Assembly: GCA_000146045.2 (NCBI GenBank)
Contig: BK006937.2
Location: forward strand, 32,001-96,000
Length of the DNA stretch: 64,000 nt
DNA from: TPA_inf: Saccharomyces
Taxonomy: Eukaryota
Direction of reading: 5' to 3'
The notes under the pieces are model-generated. The model was not told the origin of the DNA and made no database searches. It saw only the letters and a program-made list of their open reading frames with translations. The translations under genes were made by a program, and so were the position numbers. The first letter of the stretch is position 1. Each line of letters opens with the position of its first letter. Shown piece by piece: positions 32,675 through 42,703 of the stretch.

Positions 32675-33568
32675 TTAAGTGTATGGATTGAATTTTCTCT
32701 TAGCTTTCATTACCTTGATTCTTTCTTGATCTTCCTTAAATTTACTTAACAGTTGATTGATCTCCTGTTTTTTACGTTCTCTGACCTGAAATCTATAGAA
32801 ATCTTTCTTTGCCTTTTTATCTATATTTGAAATTGGCTTGGCCTTATTTTCATGTTTGGATAATGGATTTTTGTTTAATATTTTCTTTCTTATGGAATTC
32901 AATGACTTGGTGTTCTTTCCTACAACTAATGTGAATCCATCCTCATCCACTATAGAACTTTGAACATCCTCTTGTGCTTGAGCTTCACGCTGTTCAAAAA
33001 TTGCCATATGTGTATGAATATCTTCTTTCAAATAATCAATATCCAGTGGTTTGTAGAAGTTAACAAAAGTTGTGAATGATGGAGTCGTATATGTCCATTC
33101 AAATAGTTCATTTGGATGTTTGGCATGCAAATTCGAGTATTTTTTCAAAGCATTCCAGCAGTTATTTATACTTGCAGCATCAACAAATTTTAATAGCGCC
33201 GTGTTTCTTGGTGTGTATCTCTTCTCGTTGACGTCAGTGGAGGACATCAGATCGGAGGTCAATGCCGATAAATCTACTTCATGTAATCCAAATTCATCGT
33301 TATATAGTAGTTCCTCTACATGCGATACTGTATCGTATTTCCCACAGAGCTGCCCGACAAATTTCTTCATGTGCTCTATGTTAGATAATAATGGAAGGTT
33401 GACCAAAAACAAACAGTCAGACTCGTTGGAATTTGAACTCTGGTGTCTTTTAGCAAACATGAAATGCAACGAAGCTTCCTGGCTTTTGGGTAGTGCCTTG
33501 TGATCCGGTAATTTGAACGGCACCACTATAAACCCGTTCTTCATGGCGCTAATGTCTTCAATACCCAT
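32675..33568 (-). CDS. RRP7: RRP7 (YCL031C) rRNA processing / UtpC complex protein
   Basis: 297-aa ORF with a basic coiled-coil C-terminus. Confidence 0.88.
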   Translation of the reverse strand: MGIEDISAMKNGFIVVPFKLPDHKALPKSQEASLHFMFAKRHQSSNSNESDCLFLVNLPLLSNIEHMKKFVGQLCGKYDTVSHVEELLYNDEFGLHEVDLSALTSDLMSSTDVNEKRYTPRNTALLKFVDAASINNCWNALKKYSNLHAKHPNELFEWTYTTPSFTTFVNFYKPLDIDYLKEDIHTHMAIFEQREAQAQEDVQSSIVDEDGFTLVVGKNTKSLNSIRKKILNKNPLSKHENKAKPISNIDKKAKKDFYRFQVRERKKQEINQLLSKFKEDQERIKVMKAKRKFNPYT

Positions 33569-33933
33569 CCCGTAACACTCTATCTGAGGTTGTTATCTGT
33601 TACCTAGTTCGTTCGCCCTAAATGCCTCTTGCTTTACCATCCTCTCAATGTTCTCTTCTTTTTCCTGCTTATTTCTTAGGTGACCAAAAAGTGAAAAATT
33701 TTCCAATTTAACTTACGTCGTTCGAAGTGATGACAATAAGGATATTCATTTATTAATCGCTATTTGATACCCACTCTTGCTACTACCTCTCTTTTAATCC
33801 AAAATTACAATTTTTACGTTACCATTCATTACATAGTGTATCTCTATTCATTCAAGACTGTATTTTGTTTGATATATATATGTATATATACATATTATTT
33901 TCGTTAGTGTTCGGTTTCCAAGTTAGAAATAAT

Positions 33934-36333
33934 CTACTGGAAATCCTTTGGGATCAACCCAAGCTTACTCATTCTGATTTTCACAGCGTTTCTGTGACCG
34001 TCTAGACCCTCCTTCTTGGCAACGCACATAACAGCTCTACCGATGTTTTCTAAACCTTCAGGGGTAATGTTTTGGGCAGTGATAAACTTTTGGAAGGTTG
34101 CAGTGTTGGCACCACTGTACTGCCTAGCGTAACCATAGGTTGGTAATGTATGGTTAGTACCACTTGAATAGTCACCGCACGATTCTGGAGTGTAAGCACC
34201 CACAAATACGGACCCTGCATTGTCAACCAATTTAACATAATCGTTAGCATTGGCGATTTGTAGAATCAAATGTTCTGGTGCATATTGGTTGGACATTTCA
34301 AGGGCTTCTTCGTAACCGTCACAAAGAACGATCGTACTGTGAGCAATACATTTACGAACAATATCCACACGTGGCAGTTGTAAAGCTTGATTGTGGACAG
34401 CATCTTGAATCTCTTGAATTTTCTTTTCGCTCAAGTTAACACCAACAAGGATAACTTGGGAGTCAATACCGTGTTCAGCTTGCGATAGCAAATCACTTGC
34501 AACAAAATCCACATCGGCATCTTCATCGGCAATAACCAAAACTTCACTTGGGCCAGCTGGCATATCAATGGAACATAGAGCTTGAGTGTCATTTTGAACA
34601 TACATTTTGGCGGCAGTCACAAATTGATTACCTGGACCCAAGATCTTATCCACTTTAGGAATAGTTTCTGTCCCGTAAGCCATAGCAGCAACGGCTTGGG
34701 CACCACCAGCTAGAACAATCTTGGAAGCGCCAACTTTTTCTGCGACATAAACAACTTCGGGTGAAACTTTACCATCAGATTTTCTTGGTGGAGATGCAAA
34801 CACAATCTCCTTACATTGGGCAACTTGTGCTGGAACACCAAGCATTAATGCAGTACTTGGTAAAATGGCAGTGCCACCAGGGATATACAAACCAACTTTT
34901 TCAATAGGACGAGGGAATCTGGAACACAAGACACCAGGTTGGGTTTCAACTTCAAGAGTCTCTGTTGGCAATTGAGCAGCATGGAATTTGCGGACGTTTT
35001 CAATTGAAAGGTCCAAAGCTTCCTTCATTTCCTCGGTTAAACCTTCAAAGTATTCTTCTGGGAATGGAGCATTAAGAACAGGATTGGATAATTTTACACC
35101 ATCAAACTTTTCTGTGTACTCCAAAAGGGCAGAGTTACCTTTGTCTCTAACATTTTCGATGATCGGATTGACTAAATGCATAATTTCAGAAGTCTTTTGG
35201 ATTGGTCTGCTCAAAGCCTTCTGCACACCAACTTTGTCGGAAGCCTTCACCACGTCCAAGTGAATTGGACCGGTCAGTTTTTCTTCTTCAGCCTTTGGTT
35301 GTCCAACAAACTTTGGCTTAGCATCACCTTTCCGTCTTGTAACCTTCAGATGCTTCATATTCAGATTATTCTCGACGTCCTTCAATGAAACATCGTTGGC
35401 CACTAATTTGGCCAGTGCAAAGTAGAACAAATCGGCAGCCTCCCAAGAAAGCTCCTTCTTACCCTTTGCCTCAGTCAGTTCTTCAGCTTCTTCCTTGATC
35501 TTGGCATCTAACAATGCAGAGTCGTTGAATAGTCTTCTAGTATAAGATTCCTCTGGAGCGTCCTGTAGCCTTTGTTTTAGTAAAGATTCTAGCCCCACCA
35601 AACCATGCTTGAATTCACCAAAGCAAGACATGGTCTCCAAGTGGCAAAATCCAACGTTTTCTTGTTCAACGATAAACTTTAAGGCATCCGAATCACAGTC
35701 AGTAGAGATTTGTAAAAGCTTTTGGCCATTGCCAGAAGTTTCACCCTTGATCCAGATTTCATTCCTAGAACGAGAATAATAAACGCCACGACCCAAATCG
35801 ATGGCCTTTGCTATAGATTTCTTCGAAGAATACACCAACCCTAGACAACGCTCATATTGGTCGACAACTAGGGTGGTATATAAACCGTCAGGACGGTCTG
35901 TACGTACTTCACCAAGCACTTCTTTGGTCAACATATCCTTGCTTAATTTCTTTATGGACACAATTTTATCTTGCGAGAATTTTTGTTTTACCATGAATTG
36001 ATTGGAGAAAACACCGTTCTCTTCCACAACAACACGCTCCTTTGGTACATTCAATTGTTCAACCAAGTGTTCGGCTGTTTTAGCATCTTGGCTAGCAATG
36101 AACAGAGAAGAAACTCCGTTGTTCAAGAAGGCAATGATTTCATCATCGCTGAATTTACCACTTGGCAAGGACAAAGCCACCAATGGAACTTCTTCCTCTT
36201 TGGAGAACTGGAGAATCTCTTCATTACTCAGGCTCGAGCCATCCAAAAGTACCTGACCAACAAGTGAAACGTATTCCTTCTTACTATTCCATGAGGCCAG
36301 ATCATCAATTAACGGTAGAATCGGCAAAACCAT
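33934..36333 (-). CDS. HIS4: HIS4 (YCL030C) trifunctional histidine biosynthesis enzyme (PR-AMP cyclohydrolase / PR-ATP pyrophosphatase / histidinol dehydrogenase)
   Basis: 799-aa ORF whose C-terminal half is a histidinol dehydrogenase and N-terminal part is HisI/HisE-like. Confidence 0.96.
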   Translation of the reverse strand: MVLPILPLIDDLASWNSKKEYVSLVGQVLLDGSSLSNEEILQFSKEEEVPLVALSLPSGKFSDDEIIAFLNNGVSSLFIASQDAKTAEHLVEQLNVPKERVVVEENGVFSNQFMVKQKFSQDKIVSIKKLSKDMLTKEVLGEVRTDRPDGLYTTLVVDQYERCLGLVYSSKKSIAKAIDLGRGVYYSRSRNEIWIKGETSGNGQKLLQISTDCDSDALKFIVEQENVGFCHLETMSCFGEFKHGLVGLESLLKQRLQDAPEESYTRRLFNDSALLDAKIKEEAEELTEAKGKKELSWEAADLFYFALAKLVANDVSLKDVENNLNMKHLKVTRRKGDAKPKFVGQPKAEEEKLTGPIHLDVVKASDKVGVQKALSRPIQKTSEIMHLVNPIIENVRDKGNSALLEYTEKFDGVKLSNPVLNAPFPEEYFEGLTEEMKEALDLSIENVRKFHAAQLPTETLEVETQPGVLCSRFPRPIEKVGLYIPGGTAILPSTALMLGVPAQVAQCKEIVFASPPRKSDGKVSPEVVYVAEKVGASKIVLAGGAQAVAAMAYGTETIPKVDKILGPGNQFVTAAKMYVQNDTQALCSIDMPAGPSEVLVIADEDADVDFVASDLLSQAEHGIDSQVILVGVNLSEKKIQEIQDAVHNQALQLPRVDIVRKCIAHSTIVLCDGYEEALEMSNQYAPEHLILQIANANDYVKLVDNAGSVFVGAYTPESCGDYSSGTNHTLPTYGYARQYSGANTATFQKFITAQNITPEGLENIGRAVMCVAKKEGLDGHRNAVKIRMSKLGLIPKDFQ

Positions 36334-36525
36334 TATTCAGAAAAAAAATTTTGTAAACTATTGTATTACTATTACACAGCGCAGTTGTGCTATGATATTT
36401 TTATGTATGTACAACACACATCGGAGGTGAATATAACGTTCCATATCTATTATATACACAGTATACTACTGTTCATAGTCATATCCTTTTCTTACCTTCT
36501 ATATCGAATGACTGATAAAAAAACG

Positions 36526-36588
36526 TGAGTCACTGTGCATGGGTTTAGCAATTAATTAACTAATTTACCGGAGTCACTATTAGAGTCA
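36526..36588. promoter_or_regulatory. Gcn4 response elements upstream of HIS4: TGAGTCA at 36526-32, and TGACTC on the HIS4 strand at 36571-76 and 36583-88
   Basis: Three TGA(C/G)TC cores 190-255 bp upstream of the HIS4 ATG. They lie inside the BIK1 3' flank. Confidence 0.6.
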
Positions 36589-36598
36589 GTTCGACTGC

Positions 36599-37921
36599 CT
36601 AGAAGAACTGCTGGTTGTCAGGATTGTGATGGGGGCATTCTGCTGTATTATGACCCATCGTATCGCAATGCTCACACCACTGTTGTCTTCCTGCCGTGGT
36701 ATCGACTGGTGCAGGGGGGTCGAAAATTGGCAACGATTCCACGGCTGTTTGTGCTTGAGCCTGTTCCAACTGTTTGATTTTTTCATTAGCCTCTTCAAGT
36801 TTTTTCGTTAAGGATGCCACCTCTTCCGATGAGGAATCTTGTGGTTTTGTCAAAAATAGTTCCTTGCTCAAATTTTGGTATTCTTTACTGAGCGAATCGT
36901 TATGCATTTTCAATTGTTCGCGTTCTTTAGCCCACTTTGTCTTGTGTAACTCAAATTGGTCTTCTATGTTGCGTAATTGTTCCAGCTGTTTTTTCAGGAG
37001 TTCGACATCTTCGTTGGCACCAGTGGGTTGATTATGAGAAAGATTTCTCTCTTCGTTTTCTTTGATCTCTTCGTGTAGTTGGCTTACGACAGCAAGTAGC
37101 TGTTCATTCTCAGCGTCAAAAAACTGCTTTTGTTTGGCTTGCTGTCTGCGTTCGAGCTCCAATTGTTGCTTGAGATGGTCTATCTCTTTCTCTCTTTCTT
37201 GTATTGTGGCTTCATACCTATCAAAAGTCGGTTGCACTTCTTCGAGGACCATTCTTTGGTCATCGAGTAGCCTTTTGTAGTGTAGTTGTTTCCTTTGTAG
37301 CTTTTCGATGGTCAATTGGGCTTCTCGTAATTCAATTGTAACTTCGCTGCTATTGAGGTCATTCATGTGGCCATTGTCCGGTTTCCAATCGCTGGTGGTG
37401 TTGTGATTAGCCTTTCTGTCTGATGACAGGATAGAGTCGACCTCCATTCTGTCTTCTCTGTTATCGTAACCAAATTCTTGCTGTTGATGGTGATCCGATG
37501 CCTCCTGGTCCATCGACTGTTGATTACCGCTGTGCCGACTGGTGATCCGGAAACTTCTCATGGGTGTGGGGGATTTAGGATCATCCATGGGAGAGAACTG
37601 GTTAGTGAGCCTCACAATAGATCTGTTTTTGGGTATTGATAGCGGTTCCATTGTCGTTCTTCTCGAGGTTTGCGATATCGATGCCTTCTCGATCAATGAT
37701 GCGACTTTTTGCAACTGAATAAATAGTCCACTTTGAGGATACTCCGTTTGAAAATACTTCTTCCCCATGAATGATCCATCGTTCTTACCAATGTTGGCAA
37801 GTAAGTCTACACCAGCAAACATTCCAGCTTTCGTGTCCACTGGACCCACGTATTTCAGTTGTCCGCGCCCCAAATTTGGGATTTGTATGAAACATCCTAT
37901 CTTTCTTTGATATCTATCCAT
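36599..37921 (-). CDS. BIK1: BIK1 (YCL029C) CLIP-170 family microtubule plus-end protein
   Basis: 440-aa ORF with an N-terminal CAP-Gly domain (GKNDGSFMGKKYF), a coiled coil and a C-terminal CCHC zinc knuckle. Confidence 0.9.
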   Translation of the reverse strand: MDRYQRKIGCFIQIPNLGRGQLKYVGPVDTKAGMFAGVDLLANIGKNDGSFMGKKYFQTEYPQSGLFIQLQKVASLIEKASISQTSRRTTMEPLSIPKNRSIVRLTNQFSPMDDPKSPTPMRSFRITSRHSGNQQSMDQEASDHHQQQEFGYDNREDRMEVDSILSSDRKANHNTTSDWKPDNGHMNDLNSSEVTIELREAQLTIEKLQRKQLHYKRLLDDQRMVLEEVQPTFDRYEATIQEREKEIDHLKQQLELERRQQAKQKQFFDAENEQLLAVVSQLHEEIKENEERNLSHNQPTGANEDVELLKKQLEQLRNIEDQFELHKTKWAKEREQLKMHNDSLSKEYQNLSKELFLTKPQDSSSEEVASLTKKLEEANEKIKQLEQAQAQTAVESLPIFDPPAPVDTTAGRQQWCEHCDTMGHNTAECPHHNPDNQQFF

Positions 37922-38149
37922 GGTATTTCAAACGCATACACAGCCAGCCACAGCTCAACGCCTTTTACCTTGTCCTTTGATGCCTGTCTCGTCCAAACGT
38001 TTTTGGTGTCTTGGCCAATTGCCCTTCTGAAAAATCTCACTGTCCGCAACTCATTAAAAGATACCCAAGCAAGCTACACGATAAAGAAAGGAGAAAGTTC
38101 ATTAAAAGAACGTACATATAGCGATACAAACGTATAGCAAAGATCTGAA

Positions 38150-39367
38150 ATGGATACGGATAAGTTAATCTCAGAGGCTGAGTCTCATTTTTCTCAAGGA
38201 AACCATGCAGAAGCTGTTGCGAAGTTGACATCCGCAGCTCAGTCGAACCCCAATGACGAGCAAATGTCAACTATTGAATCATTAATTCAAAAAATCGCAG
38301 GATACGTCATGGACAACCGTAGTGGTGGTAGTGACGCCTCGCAAGATCGTGCTGCTGGTGGTGGTTCATCTTTTATGAACACTTTAATGGCAGACTCTAA
38401 GGGTTCTTCCCAAACGCAACTAGGAAAACTAGCTTTGTTAGCCACAGTGATGACACACTCATCAAATAAAGGTTCTTCTAACAGAGGGTTTGACGTAGGG
38501 ACTGTCATGTCAATGCTAAGTGGTTCTGGCGGCGGGAGCCAAAGTATGGGTGCTTCCGGCCTGGCTGCCTTGGCTTCTCAATTCTTTAAGTCAGGTAACA
38601 ATTCCCAAGGTCAGGGACAAGGTCAAGGTCAAGGTCAAGGTCAAGGACAAGGTCAAGGTCAAGGTTCTTTTACTGCTTTGGCGTCTTTGGCTTCATCTTT
38701 CATGAATTCCAACAACAATAATCAGCAAGGTCAAAATCAAAGCTCCGGTGGTTCCTCCTTTGGAGCACTGGCTTCTATGGCAAGCTCTTTTATGCATTCC
38801 AATAATAATCAGAACTCCAACAATAGTCAACAGGGCTATAACCAATCCTATCAAAACGGTAACCAAAATAGTCAAGGTTACAATAATCAACAGTACCAAG
38901 GTGGCAACGGTGGTTACCAACAACAACAGGGACAATCTGGTGGTGCTTTTTCCTCATTGGCCTCCATGGCTCAATCTTACTTAGGTGGTGGACAAACTCA
39001 ATCCAACCAACAGCAATACAATCAACAAGGCCAAAACAACCAGCAGCAATACCAGCAACAAGGCCAAAACTATCAGCATCAACAACAGGGTCAGCAGCAG
39101 CAACAAGGCCACTCCAGTTCATTCTCAGCTTTGGCTTCCATGGCAAGTTCCTACCTGGGCAATAACTCCAATTCAAATTCGAGTTATGGGGGCCAGCAAC
39201 AGGCTAATGAGTATGGTAGACCGCAACAGAATGGTCAACAGCAATCCAATGAGTACGGAAGACCGCAATACGGCGGAAACCAGAACTCCAATGGACAGCA
39301 CGAATCCTTCAATTTTTCTGGCAACTTTTCTCAACAGAACAATAACGGCAACCAGAACCGCTACTGA
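38150..39367 (+). CDS. RNQ1: RNQ1 (YCL028W) Q/N-rich prion protein ([PIN+] determinant)
   Basis: 405-aa ORF whose C-terminal ~250 residues are extremely Q/N/G/S-rich, with repeated SFxALASMASSF peptide motifs. Confidence 0.92.
   Translation: MDTDKLISEAESHFSQGNHAEAVAKLTSAAQSNPNDEQMSTIESLIQKIAGYVMDNRSGGSDASQDRAAGGGSSFMNTLMADSKGSSQTQLGKLALLATVMTHSSNKGSSNRGFDVGTVMSMLSGSGGGSQSMGASGLAALASQFFKSGNNSQGQGQGQGQGQGQGQGQGQGSFTALASLASSFMNSNNNNQQGQNQSSGGSSFGALASMASSFMHSNNNQNSNNSQQGYNQSYQNGNQNSQGYNNQQYQGGNGGYQQQQGQSGGAFSSLASMAQSYLGGGQTQSNQQQYNQQGQNNQQQYQQQGQNYQHQQQGQQQQQGHSSSFSALASMASSYLGNNSNSNSSYGGQQQANEYGRPQQNGQQQSNEYGRPQYGGNQNSNGQHESFNFSGNFSQQNNNGNQNRY
38609..38665. repeat. Hexanucleotide microsatellite (GGTCAA/GGACAA), about 9.5 units, encoding (QG)n in RNQ1
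   Basis: Read directly: ggtcagggacaaggtcaaggtcaaggtcaaggtcaaggacaaggtcaaggtcaaggt. Confidence 0.9.
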
Positions 39368-39615
39368 ACGATGATTCAGTTCGCCTTCTATCCTTTGTTT
39401 ACGTATTTGTTTATATATATAACTTTATTTTTTTTTATTAATTGGGCTGCAAGACAATTTTGTTGTCAGTGATGCCTCAATCCTTCTTTTGCTTCCATAT
39501 TTACCATGTGGACCCTTTCAAAACAGAGTTGTATCTCTGCAGGATGCCCTTTTTGACGTATTGAATGGCATAATTGCACTGTCACTTTTCGCGCTGTCTC
39601 ATTTTGGTGCGATGA

Positions 39616-39649
39616 TGAAACAAACATGAAACGTCTGTAATTTGAAACA
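39616..39649 (+). promoter_or_regulatory. Pheromone response element cluster (TGAAACA 39616-22, TGAAACG 39627-33, TGAAACA 39643-49) for FUS1
   Basis: Three Ste12 PRE cores within 34 bp, 150-190 bp upstream of the FUS1 ATG. This matches the classic FUS1 UAS. Confidence 0.7.
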
Positions 39650-39802
39650 AATAACGTAATTCTCGGGATTGGTTTTATTTAAATGACAATGTAAGAGTGG
39701 CTTTGTAAGGTATGTGTTGCTCTTAAAATATTTGGATACGACATCCTTTATCTTTTTTCCTTTAAGAGCAGGATATAAGCCATCAAGTTTCTGAAAATCA
39801 AA

Positions 39803-41341
39803 ATGGTAGCAACAATAATGCAGACGACAACAACTGTGCTGACGACAGTCGCCGCAATGTCTACTACCTTAGCATCAAATTACATATCTTCGCAAGCTAG
39901 TTCCTCGACGAGTGTAACAACAGTAACGACAATAGCGACATCAATACGCTCTACACCGTCTAATCTACTCTTTTCTAATGTGGCGGCTCAGCCAAAATCA
40001 TCTTCAGCAAGCACAATTGGGCTTTCAATCGGACTTCCCATCGGAATATTCTGTTTCGGATTACTTATCCTTTTGTGTTATTTCTACCTTAAAAGGAATT
40101 CGGTGTCCATTTCAAATCCACCCATGTCAGCTACGATTCCAAGGGAAGAGGAATATTGTCGCCGCACTAATTGGTTCTCACGGTTATTTTGGCAGAGTAA
40201 GTGTGAGGATCAGAATTCATATTCTAATCGTGATATTGAGAAGTATAACGACACCCAGTGGACCTCGGGTGATAACATGTCTTCAAAAATACAGTACAAA
40301 ATTTCCAAACCCATAATACCGCAGCATATACTGACACCTAAGAAAACGGTGAAGAACCCATATGCTTGGTCTGGTAAAAACATTTCGTTAGACCCCAAAG
40401 TGAACGAAATGGAGGAAGAGAAAGTTGTGGATGCATTCCTGTATACTAAACCACCGAATATTGTCCATATTGAATCCAGCATGCCCTCGTATAATGATTT
40501 ACCTTCTCAAAAAACGGTGTCCTCAAAGAAAACTGCGTTAAAAACGAGTGAGAAATGGAGTTACGAATCTCCACTATCTCGATGGTTCTTGAGGGGTTCT
40601 ACATACTTTAAGGATTATGGCTTATCAAAGACCTCTTTAAAGACCCCAACTGGGGCTCCACAACTGAAGCAAATGAAAATGCTCTCCCGGATAAGTAAGG
40701 GTTACTTCAATGAGTCAGATATAATGCCTGACGAACGATCGCCCATCTTGGAGTATAATAACACGCCTCTGGATGCAAATGACAGTGTGAATAACTTGGG
40801 TAATACCACGCCAGATTCACAAATCACATCTTATCGCAACAATAACATCGATCTAATCACGGCAAGACCCCATTCAGTGATATACGGTACTACTGCACAA
40901 CAAACTTTGGAAACCAACTTCAATGATCATCATGACTGCAATAAAAGCACTGAGAAACACGAGTTGATAATACCCACCCCATCAAAACCACTAAAGAAAA
41001 GGAAAAAAAGAAGACAAAGTAAAATGTATCAGCATTTACAACATTTGTCACGTTCTAAACCATTGCCGCTTACTCCAAACTCCAAATATAATGGGGAGGC
41101 TAGCGTCCAATTAGGGAAGACATATACAGTTATTCAGGATTACGAGCCTAGATTGACAGACGAAATAAGAATCTCGCTGGGTGAAAAAGTTAAAATTCTG
41201 GCCACTCATACCGATGGATGGTGTCTGGTAGAAAAGTGTAATACACAAAAGGGTTCTATTCACGTCAGTGTTGACGATAAAAGATACCTCAATGAAGATA
41301 GAGGCATTGTGCCTGGTGACTGTCTCCAAGAATACGACTGA
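39803..41341 (+). CDS. FUS1: FUS1 (YCL027W) cell-fusion membrane protein with C-terminal SH3 domain
   Basis: 512-aa ORF with an S/T-rich O-glycosylated N-terminus, a single TM and a C-terminal SH3-like domain. Confidence 0.95.
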   Translation: MVATIMQTTTTVLTTVAAMSTTLASNYISSQASSSTSVTTVTTIATSIRSTPSNLLFSNVAAQPKSSSASTIGLSIGLPIGIFCFGLLILLCYFYLKRNSVSISNPPMSATIPREEEYCRRTNWFSRLFWQSKCEDQNSYSNRDIEKYNDTQWTSGDNMSSKIQYKISKPIIPQHILTPKKTVKNPYAWSGKNISLDPKVNEMEEEKVVDAFLYTKPPNIVHIESSMPSYNDLPSQKTVSSKKTALKTSEKWSYESPLSRWFLRGSTYFKDYGLSKTSLKTPTGAPQLKQMKMLSRISKGYFNESDIMPDERSPILEYNNTPLDANDSVNNLGNTTPDSQITSYRNNNIDLITARPHSVIYGTTAQQTLETNFNDHHDCNKSTEKHELIIPTPSKPLKKRKKRRQSKMYQHLQHLSRSKPLPLTPNSKYNGEASVQLGKTYTVIQDYEPRLTDEIRISLGEKVKILATHTDGWCLVEKCNTQKGSIHVSVDDKRYLNEDRGIVPGDCLQEYD

Positions 41342-41404
41342 TGAAAATAATATTGACGTTCGCATTTAATCTATACCTATAATTCTGTACTTATATACTG
41401 TTCC

Positions 41405-41986
41405 TTAATTGAAGATTTCAACATCGTTTTTGATGTAGGTCTTTTCACCTGGAGGTGCGGCTGGGGTACCGAAGACTAATTGAGCTTGTACGGTCCAAGA
41501 CTCAGGGATTTTGCTTGGCAAAGCAGCTTTTATGTAACCATTGTAGTGTTGTAGGTGACCACCCAGGCCCATTGCCTCCAAGGCAACCCACGAGTTGATT
41601 TGAGCGGCACCAGAGGTATGGTCCGCGAAACTAGGGAATGCAGCTGCGTACGCTGGGAAGTCAGCCTTTAGCTTTTCAGTTACCTTGTCGTCGGTGAAGA
41701 AGATTACAGAACCAAAGGCCTCATCCCTTGCTGAAGCAGGCCTCTTTTGACCGGCAGGGCTTTCTATAGCCTTAGTCACTTCGTCCCAAACTTTTTTGTG
41801 AGTTTCACCAGTCAAGATAACAGCGCGATTTGGCTGGGAGTTGAAAGCGGTGGGTGTTTCTTTAATGATGGTTTGGACGACGGATTGGATGTCGTTGATA
41901 GTAATTTCACCAGGTAACTCCGGTTTCAAAGCGTAAATAGTACGACGAGCAGTTAAAGTTTTCAAATAAGTTGCAACAGCAGACAT
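41405..41986 (-). CDS. FRM2: FRM2 (YCL026C-A) type II nitroreductase-like protein
   Basis: 193-aa ORF, paralogous to the ORF at 42704-43285. Confidence 0.85.
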   Translation of the reverse strand: MSAVATYLKTLTARRTIYALKPELPGEITINDIQSVVQTIIKETPTAFNSQPNRAVILTGETHKKVWDEVTKAIESPAGQKRPASARDEAFGSVIFFTDDKVTEKLKADFPAYAAAFPSFADHTSGAAQINSWVALEAMGLGGHLQHYNGYIKAALPSKIPESWTVQAQLVFGTPAAPPGEKTYIKNDVEIFN

Positions 41987-42520
41987 GATATTGGATTGTT
42001 TTTTTGTATATATGTTGATATAGGATACTTCAGTCTACGAAAAAAGTACAAATTATGTAGTCAGTTCCTTCAGTATGGTGTCCTTATATACTGTAGTTTG
42101 GACAAGGTGCAAATGCCAAGACCCTAGCCCGAAAAGCTCGAGGCACCCCAGGATCTTTTTCTTTACGTAATTTTCACGTAAAACGCCACAGTCCGATTTT
42201 TCTCGAATAATCATTAGTAAAAGCGGTATACTGGATTATTGTACGATAACAAGGTAGAGCTTTATTACTAAGCTAAGACGTTCTTACATCAATAGTGCTG
42301 TTCGTTATTGATGTTAGGAGAAGGAGCGGGTCTGGTGAATAGTGTAAGCAGTGTTTCTGAACTTTTTCTTCGTCTAAGTCCTTGTAATGTAAGGTAAGAA
42401 TGCAAGCATCTTGTTTGTAACGCGATTGTACGTTGACGTTAGTAAGTCACAAACCCAAGCTTAACTTCTTCGTGAGGAAGGAAAGTGTTGTCTCCTACTT
42501 TTTTCAAATTTTCGAATTGT

Positions 42521-42531
42521 ATTTATATTTA
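42521..42531 (+). promoter_or_regulatory. Perfect ARS consensus ATTTATATTTA (11/11 WTTTAYRTTTW); proposed ARS306 core
   Basis: Exact ACS match in the AT-rich FRM2-HBN1 spacer, where ARS306 lies in S288C. Confidence 0.45.
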
Positions 42532-42703
42532 TTTAGTACTTCTTGAGTTTACATATCCTTCGTAAAAATGCAACTTTTGTCGAAAAACACTTCCAAAAAA
42601 AAATAATAATGAATTTATGAAGCATACTAACGAGCGAGCACATCGCTGAGGTATCATTACTTCATGAGATAAATTAAGATCTCCTCATATGCGAATTTCC
42701 TGT

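Noticed and set aside
36599-36811. 61-70-aa ORFs on both strands at the BIK1 3' end.
   Set aside because: They overlap the BIK1 C-terminus and the HIS4 UAS, and are spurious.
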